DNA of 64,000 nucleotides from an uncultured virus (IMG/VR IMGVR_UViG_3300028377_000002) (taxonomy: Duplodnaviria > Heunggongvirae > Uroviricota > Caudoviricetes): the IMG/VR virus record IMGVR_UViG_3300028377_000002. The stretch is one strand, 5' to 3'. Positions 59,684 to 64,000 of the stretch are shown one piece after another (within the stretch, counting starts at the first letter, position 1; every line of letters starts with the position of its first letter). Below the pieces are notes generated by a model. It had not been told where the DNA came from. It saw nothing but the letters and a program-made list of their open reading frames with translations, and ran no database searches. The translations under genes and the position numbers were made by a program.

Positions 59684-60388
59684 ATGCATAAAAAAGCAAG
59701 TTTATATAAATGGTGTTGTGACCACAAATTAAGACCAACCGATGTTAAAGATGAAGATTCTTTTATGTTAGATGAAGTATCGTATAAAGAGTTTGAGTTG
59801 TTCATAGAGGAAGCCAAGTCTAACTATAGACTTATATATGGAGAGCTTCCAAATAAACCTGAAAAGTATTTGGAGTATAAGATGTATGGGTTGGTCCCAT
59901 ATAACATATCTGACACTCAAAAAGGAATTCAATTTGACCACGCTAAAGATAATTATGTGGTCGAATACGGAACCGATGTAAGGTATAAGAGGTTTTTAAA
60001 AGAATGGAAAACGACTATTATACTAAATGGCGGTACTTCAAACGAAGGTCATACTATTAGACACGGTTTTAGGGATATAACTTATATTGGTACTATGCAA
60101 GAGCATTTAATTACCCTTAAAAATAATAACATTAAAGTATCTACATTTTATGAACCAGACCTTAACTCTATGTTAAGCGCCATTGTGTTCTTAGTGGATG
60201 AAAGAGTTTTTAATAAAAAACTTTACCCAGACTTTACCTTTGATGAATTACCTGAAAATGTAAGTAATCTAGAAGCTAGTAAATGGGAAATAGATAAAGT
60301 ACATTCTTATCAAAAATGGGTGTCTCTAGTTGGAGGTGAAAGTAACGTCTTTTTAAGAGAGTTCCTTAAAGATATGAAATTAGCTTAA
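59684..60388 (+). CDS. Second Pth2-like protein
   Basis: KMYGLV..QKGIQFDHA..TIILNGG..FYEPDLNSMLSAI parallels 54523-54891. Confidence 0.55.
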   Translation: MHKKASLYKWCCDHKLRPTDVKDEDSFMLDEVSYKEFELFIEEAKSNYRLIYGELPNKPEKYLEYKMYGLVPYNISDTQKGIQFDHAKDNYVVEYGTDVRYKRFLKEWKTTIILNGGTSNEGHTIRHGFRDITYIGTMQEHLITLKNNNIKVSTFYEPDLNSMLSAIVFLVDERVFNKKLYPDFTFDELPENVSNLEASKWEIDKVHSYQKWVSLVGGESNVFLREFLKDMKLA

Positions 60389-60398
60389 AAGTAAATAT

Positions 60399-62036
60399 AT
60401 GGAGAATAAAAACAAGAATAAAAAGGGTAGTTTTAAAAACCTTACTGATGAAGATAAGGATTACATTAGAATGACCTATTACGATGACGAACTTAAACAT
60501 GTTGAGAAGATGGAAATCTTAGGCTCTAAGTTCGGTGTAACTGGAAGAACCATTAGGAACTGGTGGTTAAATAAACTGAATTTAGAAAAACCACATTCTA
60601 GATTACCAACTCAGTTACAGGAGGCTCGTATGAAAAACTTACCTTTTGATACTGATGTATTAGCGGTAACGTCGGCCCAAAATGAGACGCCAATAAATAG
60701 AAAACAATTGGCTTCGATAATGCAATATAAAGATTTCTTGAAAAAGGAGTTATCTAAAGAGTTAAACTTAGCTGTTATACCAGTTAGATATAGAAACCCT
60801 ACAACTCCAACTGAGGACCAGAACAAGAAAAAAGATATGTGGTGGGTAGATGAAGTAAGAGAAAACATTTATTATAATAAAATTGAGTTTGGTGACACAA
60901 CAGTTGCAGCAGACACTCACGTAACACCAACAGCAACAATGCCATTGAGTGGCTTGGATTCACTAACTGATGATGGTCATTTAGTGGTAGGGGCTTTCAG
61001 AATACACTTTAAGACTCAAGCTAGAGTAAGAAACACTCCACTTAGAACGATGTGTACCACAGGTTCGATAACGAGGAAAAATTACTCTAGAAGTAAGGCA
61101 GGTGATAAGGCCTCAATCCACCATTCATATGGGTTTACAATTATAGAACTTAAAAAGGATGGGACTTGCCACGTACCTAGAAACATATATGTTACTGACG
61201 ATGGTGAGTTTACGGATTTATGTTATAAGGTAACACCAGAAGGAGTCACTAAGATTGGTGCTACTGAAGCTTTAATATGGGGTGATATTCACAATGAAGT
61301 TTTAGATGAAAATATATATAATAAAACTAAAGAGTTGTGTGCTAAATTGAACCCAAAAGTACATGTGTTGCACGACGTTCTTGATGGTGCTAGGTTTAAT
61401 CCTCATGAAAGAAAAGATACATTTGTTTTAAGGCGTAAGATTATGCAAAACAAATTTAAAATTAAAGAAGAGGTTGATAGTGCTGTAGAGTTTCCTAAAA
61501 AACTACTAAGTGATTGTGGTGGTAGTAAAGCATATGTTGTGCAATCTAATCACGATGAGTTTTTAGATAGGCACATCACCGATATGAACTGGAAAAAGGA
61601 TTTACATAACTCACCAGCGTATTTAGAATATGCTATGATTCAGCAAACAGTTGATTTAGAGCAGTATGGTAATATATTTGGTTACTTGATACACAATAAG
61701 TATGAGGATAGTGACGAAATAAAGTACCTTAAATACGGTGACCAACTTAAAGTGAAAGGGTTCAACTTGGCTATGCACGGTGACCATGGTACAAATGGTT
61801 CCAGAGGTACAATAACCCAATACAAGAGGTTTAATTTTAAGATGATACATGGCCATAACCATTCACCAATTATCATGGACGGTGTAACTTCTGTAGGACT
61901 TACAGCTGACGTTAACCAATACTACACTAGAAAAGGTATTAGTACTCACGCTTATGGTCACGCTTTAGTACATGAGAATGGAAAACGTCAACTATTGGTT
62001 TTCGATAATAATGGTGAAATATCAGATTTGATTTAA
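60399..62036 (+). CDS. Metallophosphoesterase with N-terminal HTH
   Basis: GDIH, HDVLD, SNHD, MHGD, GHNHS. Confidence 0.75.
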   Translation: MENKNKNKKGSFKNLTDEDKDYIRMTYYDDELKHVEKMEILGSKFGVTGRTIRNWWLNKLNLEKPHSRLPTQLQEARMKNLPFDTDVLAVTSAQNETPINRKQLASIMQYKDFLKKELSKELNLAVIPVRYRNPTTPTEDQNKKKDMWWVDEVRENIYYNKIEFGDTTVAADTHVTPTATMPLSGLDSLTDDGHLVVGAFRIHFKTQARVRNTPLRTMCTTGSITRKNYSRSKAGDKASIHHSYGFTIIELKKDGTCHVPRNIYVTDDGEFTDLCYKVTPEGVTKIGATEALIWGDIHNEVLDENIYNKTKELCAKLNPKVHVLHDVLDGARFNPHERKDTFVLRRKIMQNKFKIKEEVDSAVEFPKKLLSDCGGSKAYVVQSNHDEFLDRHITDMNWKKDLHNSPAYLEYAMIQQTVDLEQYGNIFGYLIHNKYEDSDEIKYLKYGDQLKVKGFNLAMHGDHGTNGSRGTITQYKRFNFKMIHGHNHSPIIMDGVTSVGLTADVNQYYTRKGISTHAYGHALVHENGKRQLLVFDNNGEISDLI

Positions 62037-62087
62037 ATTTTAAAGTAATTATGTCTGATATTAAAAATAAAATCTTATCTTTGTCTC

Positions 62088-62630
62088 ATGAAACAGACAT
62101 TTAAAATAAAAGGTAGGTTGGTTTTTGACCCACCAGAGATTACTAGCAAACATTCAAGGCAAAGTAACTGGAAGAAAGTTGCTTTCCTTGAGTTTGATGG
62201 TGACATTAAAAAATACTATCGATGGTTTGTTAAGAAGCGTTACAACCTGCATTTAAGTGAATCTATAAGAAAAGCTCACGTAACTTTTATAAACGATAGT
62301 CATAGAGACTTGGGTGAAAACTTAAGTAAGTGGAATAAAGTAAAGAAAAAGTGGAATGGTAAGACTATTGAGATAAAGTTATCTACAGATGTGCACTCAG
62401 ACGGCGTTTACTGGTGGTTAGTTGTACCTGAAGAATCTAGAGGACAACTACACTCAATTAGGAAAGAAGTTGGCTTATATAGACCTCATTTTGGTTTACA
62501 CATGACTTTTGGTGTTGCCGTTAACACAAAAGATGATAGTTTAGAAGGGAATGCTTTGAAAGCTACTAGGCAAACTGAAGCCCATTCTAAATATATTGTT
62601 GATTTACTAATTAAAAATTTAATTGAATGA
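62088..62630 (+). CDS. 2H phosphoesterase-like protein
   Basis: AHVTF and LHMTF. Confidence 0.65.
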   Translation: MKQTFKIKGRLVFDPPEITSKHSRQSNWKKVAFLEFDGDIKKYYRWFVKKRYNLHLSESIRKAHVTFINDSHRDLGENLSKWNKVKKKWNGKTIEIKLSTDVHSDGVYWWLVVPEESRGQLHSIRKEVGLYRPHFGLHMTFGVAVNTKDDSLEGNALKATRQTEAHSKYIVDLLIKNLIE

Positions 62631-62851
62631 ATAAAACACCAGTAAAAAAGAGCGTTGTTATGTTGATAGATAACAATGGGGAAACAACTAGCTTTAATAA
62701 TTTAAAAGATGTTAAAAAGTTTTTTAATGTACAGTTCTACGAAAAGTATGAACAATTTAAAGATACACTAACTGATGAAAATAAGTTTTTAAAGTGGGTA
62801 AATACTGAAACGGGTTATGAAACATTAAAAGTTTCATATATTAAATACTAA
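62627..62851 (+). CDS. Hypothetical protein
   Basis: ORF only. Confidence 0.45.
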   Translation: MNKTPVKKSVVMLIDNNGETTSFNNLKDVKKFFNVQFYEKYEQFKDTLTDENKFLKWVNTETGYETLKVSYIKY

Positions 62852-62884
62852 TAAAAAAACCTCTATAAAAGAGGCTTTTTTTTT

Positions 62885-63073
62885 TTAATCGATGTTTTTG
62901 ATTAGTTCTTTAATCACTGCGTAGTTCATGTAAATAAACAACCCAGCGCAAGCTCCACCTAAAAAGGTACCTACTGAACCTCCAATAAATAATAATGAAG
63001 CAGCACATCCACCTGCCCATCCCAGGTTTTCTAAACCTGTAGCTTTAATCCAGTCTTTAATTTTCTTTACCAT
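62885..63073 (-). CDS. Small membrane protein (likely start MVKKIK)
   Basis: Gly-rich TM segments; TATTTATT upstream on minus strand. Confidence 0.55.
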   Translation of the reverse strand: MVKKIKDWIKATGLENLGWAGGCAASLLFIGGSVGTFLGGACAGLFIYMNYAVIKELIKNID

Positions 63074-63293
63074 AATGTATTGTTTTTTTATAGTAATAAA
63101 TATCATTGAAAAAAGTAAAATATCATAAAATTATCACATAAAGCTTTGTGTATTAATATTATTATCATTATATTTGCACTAAATAATTAGAAACATGGTC
63201 ATTAAAGAAAACGGATTAAGGTACGCAAAACTAGTTCATGTCTCAGTTGACAACGGCTTAACATCTCAAAGTAACAAAGTTTATATCATGGAA

Positions 63294-63337
63294 CGTAAAA
63301 CCCATCCCATCACCTATGGCGTGGGTGGGTAGTTCAC
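63294..63337 (+). mobile_element. IS200/IS605 end scar truncating an ORF that starts at 63195
   Basis: CGTAAAACCCATCCCA..TGGGTGGGTAGTTCAC. Confidence 0.7.
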
Positions 63338-63656
63338 AACGCTAAACAATGTACAATTGCTTACCTAATAGAATTTGAATGACATGAAAACAATGAAAAC
63401 GTACAAAAATAAGGTATTTTATTTATGCGTAATGAAAGGTGAGTTTTGGGTTAGGTTTTATCGCCCAGCTAGATTAAGAGGGAAGGGTTTTAGGGTCATA
63501 AACACCAAGAAAAAGAAACTAAGATTTTCTGAGAGACATAATTATACAAAAACCTTTTCGATATTTAATTATAATTTCAAAAAATTAAAACGAAAAAAGC
63601 TTGTTACTTAAATATAAAATTGCATATTTGCAACTATTAACTTAATTTCTATTAAA

Positions 63657-64000
63657 ATGAAGACATTAAAATTATTCAACGCCGTATTAGCTAAAGATAG
63701 TAACGTAAGACCATTTATGTCACTAGAAGGGTTCATTATTGAACCTAGTGCTATGTGGGCCAAAGATGAAATCCTTAAGTATTATAAGGAAGAGAAATTA
63801 AGTGGTAATGATTTGAATAAAACATTCCACAAGTCTTGGGAGAAAATACAGTCATCATCAAGATTTGAATTACTAATTGAGCAACTTACTAATTACATTT
63901 CAACTTACGGAAGTAATTTTGGTAGTGAGGCTTATATACCAAATGAGGTACTAGAGGTGCCAGACGTGGAGTTAGTCTTTAAAGTCATTAAGGGTTACAG
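63657..64000 (+). CDS. Conserved hypothetical protein, runs off window
   Basis: Open frame MKTLKLFNAV..LNKTFHKSW..EQLTNYISTYG. Confidence 0.65.
   Translation, partial: MKTLKLFNAVLAKDSNVRPFMSLEGFIIEPSAMWAKDEILKYYKEEKLSGNDLNKTFHKSWEKIQSSSRFELLIEQLTNYISTYGSNFGSEAYIPNEVLEVPDVELVFKVIKGY

Noticed and set aside
234..61876. Numerous short Ser/Leu/Phe-rich antisense ORFs
   Set aside because: Fully nested opposite well-supported genes; typical codon-bias shadows.
1..64000. Genome-wide TAG recoding (code 15)
   Set aside because: Long genes are open in the standard code and TAG terminates complete genes such as dnaJ and clpP; only a few isolated in-frame TAGs were found.
1..64000. CRISPR array
   Set aside because: No regularly spaced repeat-spacer series seen; recurring GGTTCGAATCCC are tRNA T-arms and GGGTAGTTCAC are IS ends.

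Overview
AT-rich segment of a large (jumbo-type) tailed phage, very probably infecting a Bacteroidota/Flavobacteriia host (repeated TTTG...TAnnTTTG promoters, Bacteroidota-type tmRNA resume context, Hc1-like protein). Layout: acidic virion/tail genes (1-8.9 kb); RuvC-like resolvase, primase, ART-like protein, PD-(D/E)XK nuclease with a class 3 intein, a fractured gp47/SbcD and a gp46/SbcC broken by an atypically split intein (9-19.4 kb); sigma-70 factor, membrane/lysis and likely head-packaged proteins (20-30 kb); DnaJ-ClpP-tmRNA, CCA-adding enzyme (33-39 kb); a decayed homing endonuclease inside a 120-bp direct repeat; a large tRNA array (43.4-47.7 kb); an RNA-repair/translation-rescue region (Pnk-2H, two RNA ligases, two Pth2-like proteins, nucleotidyltransferases), DNA ligase and IS200/IS605 scars. 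Most notable: (1) a 35-codon leader ORF plus terminator/antiterminator ahead of the tRNA array whose codons match the amino acids of the downstream tRNAs, i.e. a candidate ribosome-sensed attenuator that induces phage tRNAs when host tRNAs are depleted; (2) an amber-suppressor tRNA directly upstream of a Pth2-like gene with an in-frame TAG at codon 5; (3) tRNA-like RNAs with rearranged D-arm topology and one carrying two Ser anticodon-like loops. All calls were made by eye from motifs, with no database search or folding software.
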